Positions 1 through 13,384 of a stretch of 64,000 nucleotides of DNA are shown in pieces. Below the pieces are notes generated by a model. It had not been told where the DNA came from. It made no database searches and saw only the letters and a program-made list of their open reading frames with translations. The number at the start of each line of letters is the position of its first letter. Position 1 is the first letter of the stretch. Position numbers and translations under genes: made by a program. The stretch lies in assembly GCF_009914755.1 (NCBI RefSeq), contig NC_060940.1; one strand, written 5' to 3'. This stretch comes from the human T2T-CHM13v2.0 reference genome, Homo sapiens.

Positions 1-333
1 CATCTAGCCATTCACCTACTCACTCATTCATCCATTCATCCATCTATCCAACCATGTCATCCAGCCAGATGGCTGTTTTATCTCCGGCCTTCCACCTAAC
101 AATCTTCCATCCATCCAATCATGCATTCATCCTCTCTTTATTCTTTCCATCATATATTCACTTAGCCAAACATCCATCCAGACATCTACCCTTCCTTTTA
201 GCAATCCTTTCTTTCTCTGTCCAGCCACTATTCCTCTACTCATCATTTCTCCAATCAGCTATCATTTCTCCAGCCAGCAACTCACACATCCAGTCAACTG
301 TCTATCCAACCTGTATCCATCCATCTCTTCATC
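1..333. repeat. Degenerate (CATC/TCCA)n simple repeat, intronic
   Basis: Recurrent catc/tcca/atcc units. Confidence 0.75.
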
Positions 334-511
334 CTCCCGAGTAGCTGAGATTACAGGCATGTGCCACCATGCCCGGCTAATTTTGTGTTTTTAGTAGAGA
401 TGGGGTTTCTCCATGTTGGTCAGGCTGGTCTCGAACTCTCGACCTTAGGTGATCCGGCCCACCTTGGCCTCCCAAAGTGCTGGGATTACAGGCGTGAGCT
501 ACCACACCCGA
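334..511 (-). mobile_element. Alu, partial (AluS-type)
   Basis: ctcccgagtagctg...caaagtgctgggattacaggcgtgagc, the Alu reverse complement. Confidence 0.92.
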
Positions 512-659
512 CATCTTCTGAACTTTTACCTAGCACACTCCTGTTACCAGAGGTCTCTCATCCTGGTGCACCATGATTTTAATTGCATGGGGAAACCTGA
601 TGTTAGCTAATGTGTGATACTCAACCACACTACTCACACTGTATGATGAGCATTTATGC

Positions 660-840
660 TCATTTATGTACCTAATCCTCACAATGATAATTATAGGAGT
701 TAAGGCTAATGTCACCCTCCCATCACTACCACCATTTTACATATTAGGAAACTGAGACCCAGAGAGGTTAAGTAACTTGGCCAGGGTCTCGGTGAAGTAA
801 CAGATTAGGGTTCAAGCCAGGATGTTATAGAATCTGTGGT
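660..840. mobile_element. MIR SINE relic
   Basis: MIR core attttaca...gaaactgagacccagagaggttaagtaacttg. Confidence 0.7.
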
Positions 841-1386
841 GCCAAATTACCACACGCCTCACAAAGCTTTCTTGGGAAGGCAGAGTTCATTCCATGGGGG
901 ACAGGATGGACAGGGTAATGTTCTCAACAGAGGCCCATGAAGGTTCTCATTCAACAGGAGAAACAAGAAAGGTGAATGCTGTGAACAGACATCCCAACTC
1001 CCACTCCTGCTGGAGTGAATGATGGGTCATTCAGAGAATATGACTGAGGGTTGTCTTTCCCTTCCCAGGAAGCACATGCTGCAAGAGTGCATGGAACAAA
1101 TTTTTGCCCATAATTCTCAGGTTTCAGAGTCTCAAACAGAGGAATCTGGGGTAACTCCCAAGCCTGGGGCCTGGCAGGCCACTGTGTAGAAAGTGGGAAC
1201 AGGGCTTGCATCAGGGAGAGTTTGTTGGAAGAGGTGCTACGGGAACCAAAGCTTAGAGGATAAAACCCATGAAGGGGCTCCCAGCAGAGGGAGCATGGGC
1301 AGGATCTGAAGGCCTGTGCATGAGGAGCCCCCAACAGGGTGTCAGGCCTAGCATGTGTTCTCTTATTCCTGGGTGTCGGCCTCCAG

Positions 1387-1450
1387 GTTGGATGTCAGAG
1401 GACAGCTGGAGGATCTGATGGGCCAGCACAAGGACCTCTGGGAATTCCAC
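1387..1450 (+). CDS. SYCE1L: SYCE1L internal coding exon (R|LDVRGQLEDLMGQHKDLWEFH)
   Basis: Acceptor ctccag ends at 1386, donor gtgagc at 1451; 64 nt, phase-compatible with the next exon; peptide matches SYCE1L as I recall it. Upstream exons are outside the window. Confidence 0.93.
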
Positions 1451-2164
1451 GTGAGCCATTATCATTGCCTGCAACCAAAGCCACTCCTCCCTGGCTTTAG
1501 TGTCGCACTGACTGGCCCAGAGTCCACCCCTGCCCAGGCTCAATGCCGCGGGATAGTCCTTGATTCCTTGCTTCCGCTTGCCCACCTATTCAGTCCCTCA
1601 GCTTTTATCTAAAATCAACTTACGCCTCACCATGCCCCACTGCCACACCCAGCATCACCTGCCCAGACGGGTGCAGTACCATTGTGATCCTGCTTTCCCC
1701 CTGCTCATCTAGTGTATGTTCACCTTGCAGTGGCAAATGGCAGCCCAGGGAAAGCCATGGTCAGGTCATTCCTTCATTTAGCTAATGTCAGTGGTTGCAC
1801 CGGTCAGCATTTGAGGCAGGGAGGGAGGGTAGCAGATCAAAGAGTCCACGTCTTTGCTGTCCCAAGCTGGTTGGGGACGGTGGAGGCACCAAGAAAGTTA
1901 GTGGCTAGATCGTGGAACTTCAGTGGGAAGGCCTCTAAGCAAGTGACATCTCAACGCAGAGGTGAAGGAAGTGAGGGAAGAAGCCGTGCAGGTATCGGTG
2001 CAGAAGGAAGGCCCTGGGGCTGGACGGTGCCTGAAACCGTTGAGGAGCCGCAGATTGGGGAATGGAGGATGAGGAGAGTGGGAAGAGTTCAAGTTTGAGA
2101 GGTGCCTGGAGACATGGAGAGCGTTTAGGGGGAGGTGGGTGGGTCTCCAGCCACAGCAGGAACT

Positions 2165-2201
2165 GCACATTGAGTTAATAAATAGTTGAATGAATGAATG
2201 A
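2165..2201 (+). mobile_element. L2-like 3' terminus (aataaatagttgaatgaatgaatga)
   Basis: Typical L2 tail: AATAAA followed by (TGAA)n. Confidence 0.55.
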
Positions 2202-2303
2202 CCTAATGTAGGTGAAGACTTCGCGAGAAGCACAAAAGGGGAGGGGCGGGCCGTGTAGCCAAGAGGACGGCCAAACGGGGAGGCCTCCTCTTTGTCCTCG
2301 CAG

Positions 2304-2373
2304 ATGCTGGAGCAGCGACTGGCCCGGGAGATCCGTGCCCTGGAGAGAAGCAAGGAGCAGCTGCTCTCGGAGA
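2304..2373 (+). CDS. SYCE1L: SYCE1L coding exon (MLEQRLAREIRALERSKEQLLSE-R)
   Basis: Pyrimidine tract ctcctctttgtcctcgcag, donor gtgagc at 2374; 70 nt; coiled-coil-like peptide in frame with flanking exons. Confidence 0.95.
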
Positions 2374-2455
2374 GTGAGCCTCCCGCGCCAGGTGGGCGGG
2401 GGGAGGGGGATGTGCCCGGGCCTCGGCCCTGCCCCTGACGCCCGCCCACCGACAG

Positions 2456-2543
2456 GGAGGCTGGTGCGCGCCAAGCTGCGGGAGGTGGAGCGGCGGCTGC
2501 ACTCGCCGCCTGAGGTCGAGGGCGCCATGGCGGTGAATGACGG
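2456..2543 (+). CDS. SYCE1L: SYCE1L coding exon (RLVRAKLREVERRLHSPPEVEGAMAVND-G)
   Basis: Acceptor gacag ends at 2455, donor gtgag at 2544; 88 nt; preceded by an 82-nt GC-rich intron. Confidence 0.95.
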
Positions 2544-2747
2544 GTGAGAGGGGAAGGGAGGAGTGGGCGAGGAGGGCAGGGGCAGGGCGGAGGGGAACCC
2601 GCCCAGGTCCCCCGCTCCGCCCCCGACTGCCGCTTCCCCGGCCTGTGCCTCCCTCGGCGTCGTCGGGTCTCCGCGTCTCGGTGGCTTCCTCCTCGTCCCC
2701 TGGACTCTCGCTCTCTTCCTCCTGTCTCCTCGGCCCCTTCTCCGCAG

Positions 2748-2820
2748 GCTGAAGGCGGAGCTGGAGATATTCGGGGAGCAGGTCCGGAGCGCCCCCGAGG
2801 TCGGGGCCGGCGAGGGAGAG
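2748..2820 (+). CDS. SYCE1L: SYCE1L coding exon (LKAELEIFGEQVRSAPEVGAGEGE)
   Basis: Long pyrimidine tract ending ccgcag at 2747, donor gtaggg at 2821; 73 nt, phases match. Confidence 0.95.
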
Positions 2821-3030
2821 GTAGGGAGCCCGAGGAAGGGAGGCGGGGCGGGCAGGGACCGAGTCAGGAGAGAGCGGGCGGGGGTCCTGGGAGCGGCCCC
2901 CGAGAGTGGGGTCTGTGGGGAGCAGGGCGGCCCCGGGGACAGAGGAAGCCGCGGTGGAGGCCTAGGGCAGACGCGGGCGGACGCGAGGAGCGTAGGAACC
3001 TGGTCCGCAGCCTCACCCAGCCCCCGGCAG

Positions 3031-3105
3031 GCCGGACCTGAGCTCCCCCGCGCTCGCGACGAGGAGGATCCCGAGCCGCCGGTGGCTGCCCCTGACGCCC
3101 TCTAG
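3031..3105 (+). CDS. SYCE1L: SYCE1L last coding exon (AGPELPRARDEEDPEPPVAAPDAL*)
   Basis: Acceptor ggcag ends at 3030, TAG at 3103-3105; matches the recalled SYCE1L C-terminus. Confidence 0.93.
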   Translation, partial: AGPELPRARDEEDPEPPVAAPDAL

Positions 3106-3153
3106 GCCAGCAGGACCCGCCCGTTCCCGACCTTCCCTCGAGACCCGCCAAGA

Positions 3154-3159
3154 AATAAA
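3154..3159 (+). terminator. SYCE1L: SYCE1L polyadenylation signal AATAAA
   Basis: Canonical hexamer ~50 nt after the stop codon, in otherwise GC-rich DNA. Confidence 0.85.
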
Positions 3160-4800
3160 GGCGATGATTTCCGACCATGCTCGCGTTCTCCGCGGAGTCT
3201 GTGCTACACCGTGGAGCGGGGCGGGGCGTGCTGGGATCTCGAGGCGGGGCCTCTGCCGGACCCCGCCCACCAGTCGAGCCCCGGGCGCCGTACAGAGGCT
3301 GGGTAAATGCTCCTGAACTCAGAGAGAGTAAGTGGGTGTCAGTATCCCCCGCCTCACGGCCTCATCTCGAGTTCCCAAACCATCTATGTTGTCAACAGGG
3401 GCCGGAGGGCAGGTGTTAACCCATTCCGGTCCTCGGGGCCTGTGCGTCTCCGGTGGTCTCAGGAAACCCAGAGTCTCTGCAAGACCCGCAGACTCGCGCT
3501 GGCTCTGGGACATGCCCGCCCATCTGAGCTCCCCTCACAAATTGGGTTCTAGCCAAGGCTGCCTCTCCACCCGTCTCAAACATTCCAAAACACGTGTCCC
3601 CTCGGGGCCTTCGCCCTACTGGTCCTTCTCTGGGGTCACATCCCCCAGGCAACCTCAGATCTGTTAAATGTGTCCGCCACTCTGGAGGCCGGCATTTGGG
3701 ACCCAAATCCAAAGGCACCCAGCAGCAGGCTGCGGCCATTGACTGAGCATGTACTGACTAAGCAGGCATTTGCCGATTGTCTGCTGGGTACCAGGCACTG
3801 TTCTAAGCACTGGATTTTAAACAGCGCGGTCAGCGACGGCCTCACCTAGGAAGTGGTATCTGAGCGGAGAAGCGAGGTAGAGAAGCGAGGGGGTGAGCCC
3901 TGTGGGTGTCTGGGGAAAGGTGGGCCTGGCAGAAGACATGCCTCATGCCAAGGCGGGAGGTGAGGCTGCACTTCGCTGTGTTTGAGGAGACGTCTGGAGA
4001 AGGCCGGCGTGGTAGAGTGGAATGAGGTAGAGTGGGATGGGAGACGACACTGGAGAGTTGCCAAGGACCAGTCAAGTTGGACACTATCTAATGTGTGTAG
4101 AAGAGGACCTGGCACACAGTCAGTATTCAGTGAATGCCAGCTCTCACATATTGTTGGGATGATTCACTATTCCCAGTCCCTAGAGAATGGGAACTGAGAT
4201 GTGTGACTCACTTAGATCAGAGGCTTCTGTCCATTAAGTGATCAGTAAGTGGTTCATATGATTTATTATTATTATTCCCAGGCTACAGATGAGGAACACT
4301 AAGGTGTGTATATCTCTCAGAACAGAGATTTTTATAACATAAATGCTCAATAAATGGTATCTATCATTTATTATTCTCACTGCTATTCTTGCTGTTATTC
4401 CCAATTTAGCGATGAGGAAAATTTAGATAGTGAATCTGTACAGTAAGCCCTCAATAAACGTTGGGTCTCACGTTTGTTGCCATTATTATCCCAAGTCCAC
4501 AGATGAGGCCCAGGGAGCTTTAGTCCCCGAGTCACCACTCGCATCCGGGCAGAGCTGACTCCAGGCCCAGGCTGTGGTCCCCTGCCCCACTGACACCACC
4601 TACTTGCTAAGGCCAGTCTCCGGGAATCTCTAAGGAACTTCAGTATCCTCTTTGTCATCCTCTCTGTGTCACACAAATGGGGTCAGCCTGGATATTCTGC
4701 CGATTTACCACTGGGCACCTAGGATTCGAGTCCTGGTTTCCCCGTTCACCAGCTGGATGACCTCAGGCAAATTGCTTAATGTCTCTAAAACGCAGTGACC

Positions 4801-5048
4801 AGCTGGGTGCTGTGGCTCACGCCTGTAATCCTAGCACTCTGGGAGGCTGAGGCGGGTGGATCACGAGGTCAGGAGTTCAAGACCAGCCTTGCCAAGATGG
4901 TGACACCCCTTGGTTTGGTGGTGGCAGGTGTCTGGAATCCTAGCTACTCAGGAGGCTGTGGCAGAGAATTGCTTGAACCCGGAAGGCGGAGGTTGCAGTG
5001 AGCCAAGATGGCGCCACTACACTCCAGCCTGGGCGACAGAGCGAGACT
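4801..5048 (+). mobile_element. Alu lacking central A-rich linker and poly(A) tail
   Basis: Both monomers are recognisable; linker region replaced by ccccttggtttgg; ends at gcgagact. Confidence 0.9.
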
Positions 5049-5200
5049 TTGGCTTTTGATTTGCCCTGTGTTCTCCTGACTCAACTGACCTTCCTGGCAG
5101 GGCTACTTCTCCTTTCATTGAAATAATTGACAGCTGCCTGGGAAGTCTTCACTCACTTCCTGTAACAGCTTTTCTCAGGGCTTGCATTCAATTACCATAA

Positions 5201-5615
<415 letters not shown>

Positions 5616-5918
5616 AGGACATTCTTGAAAAAAGTAAGCCAGAAAGAAACCCACTGAAAAACAGAGGAGTCAGAGGAGGGGCCCGAAGAGATGCAAACAT
5701 AGCACATCCTGAGTAGCAAGCTAGACAAGGCATGGAAGAGAGAGTGGCCAAAGTGACTGCAGTAGAATCTCCCGGAGGATAATAATATTACTACCTAATA
5801 GAGCACACTAGTTAGCAGAACAGAACCCAGGGCCAGACTGTGTTTGTTAGAATCCCAGCTCTGCTGCATACTAGCTGTGTAACTTCAGGTTACACAGTTA
5901 GGTTACTTAAATTCCCTC

Positions 5919-6239
<321 letters not shown>

Positions 6240-6779
6240 TGAGGACATGTAGCATGTTACGTTTCAGAGAATCAAAGGCATCCACCATTTCTTTTTTGAT
6301 CTCTCAATTTTGTGTTCATTTAGATTTCAGACAGCAATCAAAACATCAAGTACAGGTGAATACAATCCCAGGCCACCTTTTCCTGGGAACCTGGATATTG
6401 AGCTCTTACTTTTCTCCATTCTAGGATCTTGTTAAGCAGTGATGCTAACCAGTGAGTAGAACAGTGAGAGGTCCGTGCATATTCTATTTGCTGATCTACC
6501 AGCTGTTTTAAGGGACTGGTCAGTGGCAGAATTAACATATTTGCCATACCTACAAAATTCACAAGTACCTAGACTTCATTTTCCATTTTCCTACAAAACT
6601 CAAACTCTGTTTTTGTGACCTATTACTCACCGTAATCCTACCCAGCATCTTTCTCATTGGAATCTTGAGTAACATTTACCCAAAGATTACATTAGTTCCA
6701 TTCTTCTTCCTTTCATTATCAAGTCATTATTAGATGGAGATGATTTGAATAGCCTAGGTGCCTGTTTTTTGTCTTGTAG

Positions 6780-7223
<444 letters not shown>

Positions 7224-7624
7224 TGAAAGCCAGTAGGCATTTAATGACCTTCTTTTCTGGAGTCATTGTCTTTATATTTTGTGCCTCATTTTTGGAAAGC
7301 CTGTTTTACTTTCCGTGTGTCTTCTTATTTCTAAAGTCTTATTAAACCTACATTATCTAAAATGCCCATTACCTATAAATTTCTCTTCCACTCTGAGATT
7401 AAATATCTTTCTCAGTGGTTACCTTTATATTTTTAGAACATTTTATTGTTTAAAAATCACAGTCAAAGCTTCAAAAAACATACACCCCAAAATATCCCAA
7501 TTTCAGTATCCTACTACCCAGAGGAGAGCACATGGCTGTTCTTCCCCTTCTGGTGCCCACAGCACTAGCGAGGACCCTGCCCTGAAGAGACCACTTGCCC
7601 ACCCTCCTGCCCACCATATGTTAA

Positions 7625-7960
<336 letters not shown>

Positions 7961-8329
7961 TAATTTAGTTTATATTTGAACTATTTGGAATTTATTTTGT
8001 GTCTGTACATAATCTGGAGAGAATTTACTGAATAGCACATGTATCCCCCCAACTGCAATGCCATCCTCGCCATATACCAAATAATCATGTCTATTTTGGT
8101 CAATTTCTGAACTGTTTATTCTATTCCTTTATCTAGTTACCTATTTATACACAAATACCAAACTTTTTATTATTATACCCTTAAATAATATTATGAAACT
8201 CACTTGGTGAGACCTCCTCTATATTTTCCTACTGTTTCAGAATTTTTCAAGGGTAGTTTCTTTCCTATGCATACTCTAGAATCATATTGTCTATTTCCAA
8301 AAAAAAAAAAACAAAAAAACAAAAAACCT

Positions 8330-8687
<358 letters not shown>

Positions 8688-8759
8688 TTAACATGCAGGA
8701 AATTAGTATCATTATATTGAGGCTTCTAAAGGAGAAAAGAGTCTGTTTTATCTGTTTAA

Positions 8760-9061
<302 letters not shown>

Positions 9062-9127
9062 TAATTTTTATTTTATGTGTTCTTCTCCTCTGTATATCTC
9101 TTTGAATTCTATTTTACCTGATAATAA

Positions 9128-9482
<355 letters not shown>

Positions 9483-10059
9483 TGACTGTCTATTTAGGTA
9501 TCTAATTTTTCAGGGTTTGTTTAATAAAACTATACTGTCATTGATAATTCATAGCCTAATGAGGAAGGCAACCCAGGACAAAGGGTTCAAAGACACAGGT
9601 ACATACTAGAGTGTGGGGAGGCATGCAGGCACATCCTAATGCAGGTAATGTTGACTACGTTGTTAAAGGCAAGTAGGAATTAGTCAAGCAAAGAAGAGAG
9701 CAAAAGAAACTCCCTGTTGAAGAAGGTCATGGCAAAGCGAGAAGGCATGAGCACTGTGAGTATGATACATAAATCTCTACATCAGAATCTTTTGATCCAG
9801 TGTTTAGTTTATGACAAAAGATAAGGCCAGAAACCTATGTACAAACAAGATGATTAAGACCTTTCCTGCCACATCAAGCTGATGGAATTCTACCTCGAAA
9901 TGTGGAAGGGATACACTAAGAAATATTTAGCTATTAGAACCTGAGGGCCTCTTTGATACCTGTTAAAAGTTGAACAGGTCCCCATTCTTAATAAGGCATC
10001 TGGTTCAGTGTAAATTCTCAGAAAATAATTGTCATTTGTGTAAATAATCCAGGAGAAGG

Positions 10060-10267
10060 CAGAGGTCAGGAAATGTTTTTCTTAGCGGGCCAAATAGTAA
10101 ATATTTTAGACTTTGCAAGCCAAGAGGTGAAATTGAAAGTATGTAAATACTTGTATAACCATTTAAAATGCAACCATCTAAAAGTATTAAAACATTCATA
10201 GATTATAAGCCCTATAAAATTACTAATGGCTAGATTTGACCTGTAGGCTGTAGTTTGTGGACTCTTG
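10060..10267. mobile_element. MER58A-like hAT-Charlie MITE
   Basis: cagaggtcaggaaa...gggccaaatagtaaatattttagacttt ... gatttgacctgtaggctgtagtttgtggactcttg, with decayed terminal inverted repeats. Confidence 0.75.
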
Positions 10268-10578
10268 GCCTAGAGAATGGATATTTAAATTTTTAAGGGA
10301 GTATAATGCTTTCATTATGAAAGAAAATGGAAAATAATTCGTTGGCATGTGGAGAAATGAACAATGAGAGAAAATGTTATTTTGGGAAATAAAACCAAGG
10401 AGAGAATTGGCATGTTAGTTTGAAATTATTGCTTCTGTAACATGCTAAAAAGCATGACATTTGAGTATAGCACTGAGATGGACAAGGTGCCCTACAAGGC
10501 CAAAAATGACTTTTTTGTTTCTGGGAATCAGTAAGGATTTATGAACCTTGAACAAAAAACCATTGCTTTGTTTTTCAG

Positions 10579-11469
10579 ATACTATTCAGTATAAGAAGTG
10601 TCCAGATGATCAATATCAGAATAGTCAGAGAATTTACTGTCTTCCAAAGGATGTGAACTTCTTGGCTTTTGAAGGCCCTTTGGGGATGTCTCTGGCCTGC
10701 ACAGCCCTGCCTCTCTGTCCTTACTGCAATGGTCCTTGGGGTATTTGTGAAGCAGCAGGAAATCCCCTCAGTTAAAGCCAGTACATGGGCTTTCAGCTGC
10801 ACCCTGCTGAAAGTCTGGCCTCCGTCACACTGTGCTTCCTCTGCTCTGCCCTATGCATTGGCCACCCCCACACAGCTACGTGGTGACTCCAACAAATAGC
10901 ATTTGGAGTTGTGTTTACTATGGCTATTTCTATCATTCTGACCAAAACCATCACTGTAGTTCTGGCTCTGAAGGCCAGAATGCCAGGGAGAATAAGATGG
11001 TGATTGGTATCAGGATCTCCTAATTTTGCCCTTTTTATATTCTCCCTAATCCAAGTGGAATCTGTCTCCTGATCTGTCAGCTCGGGCTGAGAAACTTTCC
11101 TCCCTTCATTGACACAGACACACTCTCTAAGCTTGGATCTGTAGTTCTCACACGCAGTGAGGTTTCAGCACTGTCTTCTACCATGTCCTAGGATACCTGG
11201 GCTCCTTGACCCTGGGGAGCTTTACCTTGGCTTTCCTGGCCATGGGTTTGCCTGACACCTTCAATAAGTCAAGTTCTTGATGTTCAGCATGCTGGTGTTC
11301 TGCAGTCACCTCCCTCCTTGCCGACCACAGCATCAAGGGGAAGGTCCTGGAAGCCATGGGGTTCTTCTTCATCTTAGCTTTCAGTGCTGAGCTACTTGGC
11401 TGCATCTTTGCCCCCATATATTACATTACTCTTATGAGATATGAATACCTTCCAAGGTCTGAAGATTAA
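10579..11469 (+). pseudogene. VN2R10P: Vomeronasal type-2 receptor (class C GPCR) pseudogene, terminal exon: end of cysteine-rich domain plus 7TM
   Basis: Acceptor tttttcag ends at 10578. Across frames it reads KCPDDQY..YCLPKDVNFLAFEGPLGMSLAC / LSVLTAMVLGVFVK / LCFLCS..IGHP / QQIAFGVVFTMAISIILTKTITVVLA / PPFIDTD / LGYLGSL..GSFTLAFLA..LPDTFN / KFLMFSMLVFCS / KGKV / LLGCIFAP. Frameshifts plus TGA at 10884 and 11001. V2R identity is strong; the symbol comes from recall of the locus. Confidence 0.9.
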
Positions 11470-12065
11470 AATAGGTTCTGGAAGCAGTAAGAATTCCAGA
11501 GTTTTATTTCAAAAAAGGGGGAAAAAAAAAGAGGCGACATCCTGAATTTAAAAATTCACTATTATCACAATCAGATGCAAGTTAATAATTGAATCAAACT
11601 CACTACCTCCGAAGATAAAGTCAGTCTCATGTCTTTAAAGGAATTAAGAGCAATACCACTCTCAGTTATCCTGTTTCATAGTGTGAATGTTATGGACATT
11701 TCCCATCCATGCCTTTTTCTTCAATGTATGTAATCTTTCATGCGGCATTTCTCTTCTTATGTAATAACAACCTACATAACCCAGTGTCTTCAGCCAACAA
11801 TCTTGCCTAATTTTCCAGTTTGGAGATTGTTTGCCTTCACGGGCATTCCTTTCCCTTCCCCTGTAAGCTCTATTGCCTAAGATTCCAGCCATCTGGGTTG
11901 TGAGTGGAGTCATCCAGAAGGAAGCAGTGTTAGAATAATGGTGGCTTTTTCTCAGTGGCTCTACCTCCTCCTAGACAAATCTATTCTGCTTGCAGCCTCC
12001 ATCGAGTGATCCCAAGCGCTGGGCACTGTTAACTCTGACTCCCTGATAATTTCTCTCTCTCTCTC

Positions 12066-12338
<273 letters not shown>

Positions 12339-12407
12339 TGATAATCTCTTTTTAACTGCTACTCACATGTTTGGTTCTCAGATCCTCCAGCACCTGCAAT
12401 TCCTTGC

Positions 12408-12964
12408 TGTATTAGTCCAGGTTCTCCATAGGAAAAGAACCAAAAAGATACACACACACACACACATATATGGAGAATTATTATGGGAATTGGCTCATGT
12501 GACTATGGTGGCCGAGAGGTCCCACGATATACCATTTGCAAGCTGGAGAACCAGGAAAGTCAGGGTGTAATTCAGTCCAAGTTGGAAGACCTGAGAAAGA
12601 GAGGAGCCAGTGGTATAACTCCCACTCTGAGACTGAAGAAGGCACTGGCTTAAGTCCCTGGAGTCTGAAGGCCTGAGAACCAGGAGCTCTGATGTCTGAG
12701 GGCAAGAAAAGATGGATGTCCCAGCTCAAAAAGACAGTCAATTTACCTTTCTTCTGGCTTTTTGTCTTATTTAGATGGGCCCTCAATAGATGAGGTGATG
12801 CTCCCCAACACCGGTGTGGGTGAGTCTTCTTCCCTTAGTGGACTGATTCAAATGCTACTCTCTTCCAGAAACAGCCTCACAGACACAACCAGAAGTAATA
12901 TTTTTCTATCTCTCTGGCTGTCTTCTATCCCAGTCAAGTTGACACATTAAAATTAACAATCACA
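12408..12964 (-). mobile_element. MLT2B-type ERVL solo LTR
   Basis: tgtattagtcc...(CA)n...cccagtcaagttgacacattaaaattaacaatcaca; 5-bp TSD cttgc/cctgc. Confidence 0.85.
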
Positions 12965-13380
12965 CCTGCAATTATATTCCCTCTGCTTTAAATAAATTCT
13001 ATCTTTTTATCTGATTAGACCCTGACTGACAATCTTGCTACCAGGAGAAGTGCCAGGAAACACATCTTCCTATGGGATTCTGGTTGGGGTTGGCCTGCTT
13101 GTGCATGAACACAATCATGATCTTATTGCAGGTGGAAAATGGAATACTGATTCTAGCAGATAGGGTCAGCGCCTACCTGTACTCACTTGTCTTACACCTC
13201 ATTGCACGCCAGGCCGGCTTCCATCTGCCAGGACATAAATTCCTTTCCATGACATTTTTCCATGACATGGATGCTGAAGTATGCCTGGCCTATTTGTCTG
13301 GTGGGCTAGAAGTGTTGCAGAATGAATTTCTGCCTCCCTAAGCCTCAGAACAGTCTTCATCTATTGACCGATAGGATTGG
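12965..13380 (+). mobile_element. Old ERVL LTR 3' end plus start of internal region (relic)
   Basis: aataaa...gaccctgactgaca LTR end, followed by taccaggag...ggaaacac...tgggattctgg resembling an ERVL internal start. Confidence 0.45.
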
Positions 13381-13384
13381 GTGT

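Larger units (their letters stand above)
2215..3500. promoter_or_regulatory. CpG island over the SYCE1L 3' exons, with GC boxes
   Basis: Very high GC and CpG density by eye; Sp/KLF GC boxes at 2243-2252, 3218-3227 and 3241-3250; many G-runs. Confidence 0.88.

Noticed and set aside
54-344. 96-aa ORF rich in H/P/S/I
   Set aside because: Translation of the degenerate (CATC)n intronic repeat.
1898-2528. Overlapping minus-strand ORFs up to 183 aa
   Set aside because: Antisense shadows of GC-rich SYCE1L exons and CpG island; low-complexity peptides with no recognisable domain.
2563-3105. 180-aa ORF as a separate gene
   Set aside because: It consists of two SYCE1L exons plus open intronic sequence, and its start is not an ATG.
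10548-11417. Short ORFs as a functional receptor or micropeptides
   Set aside because: Fragments or antisense of a frameshifted, stop-containing V2R pseudogene.
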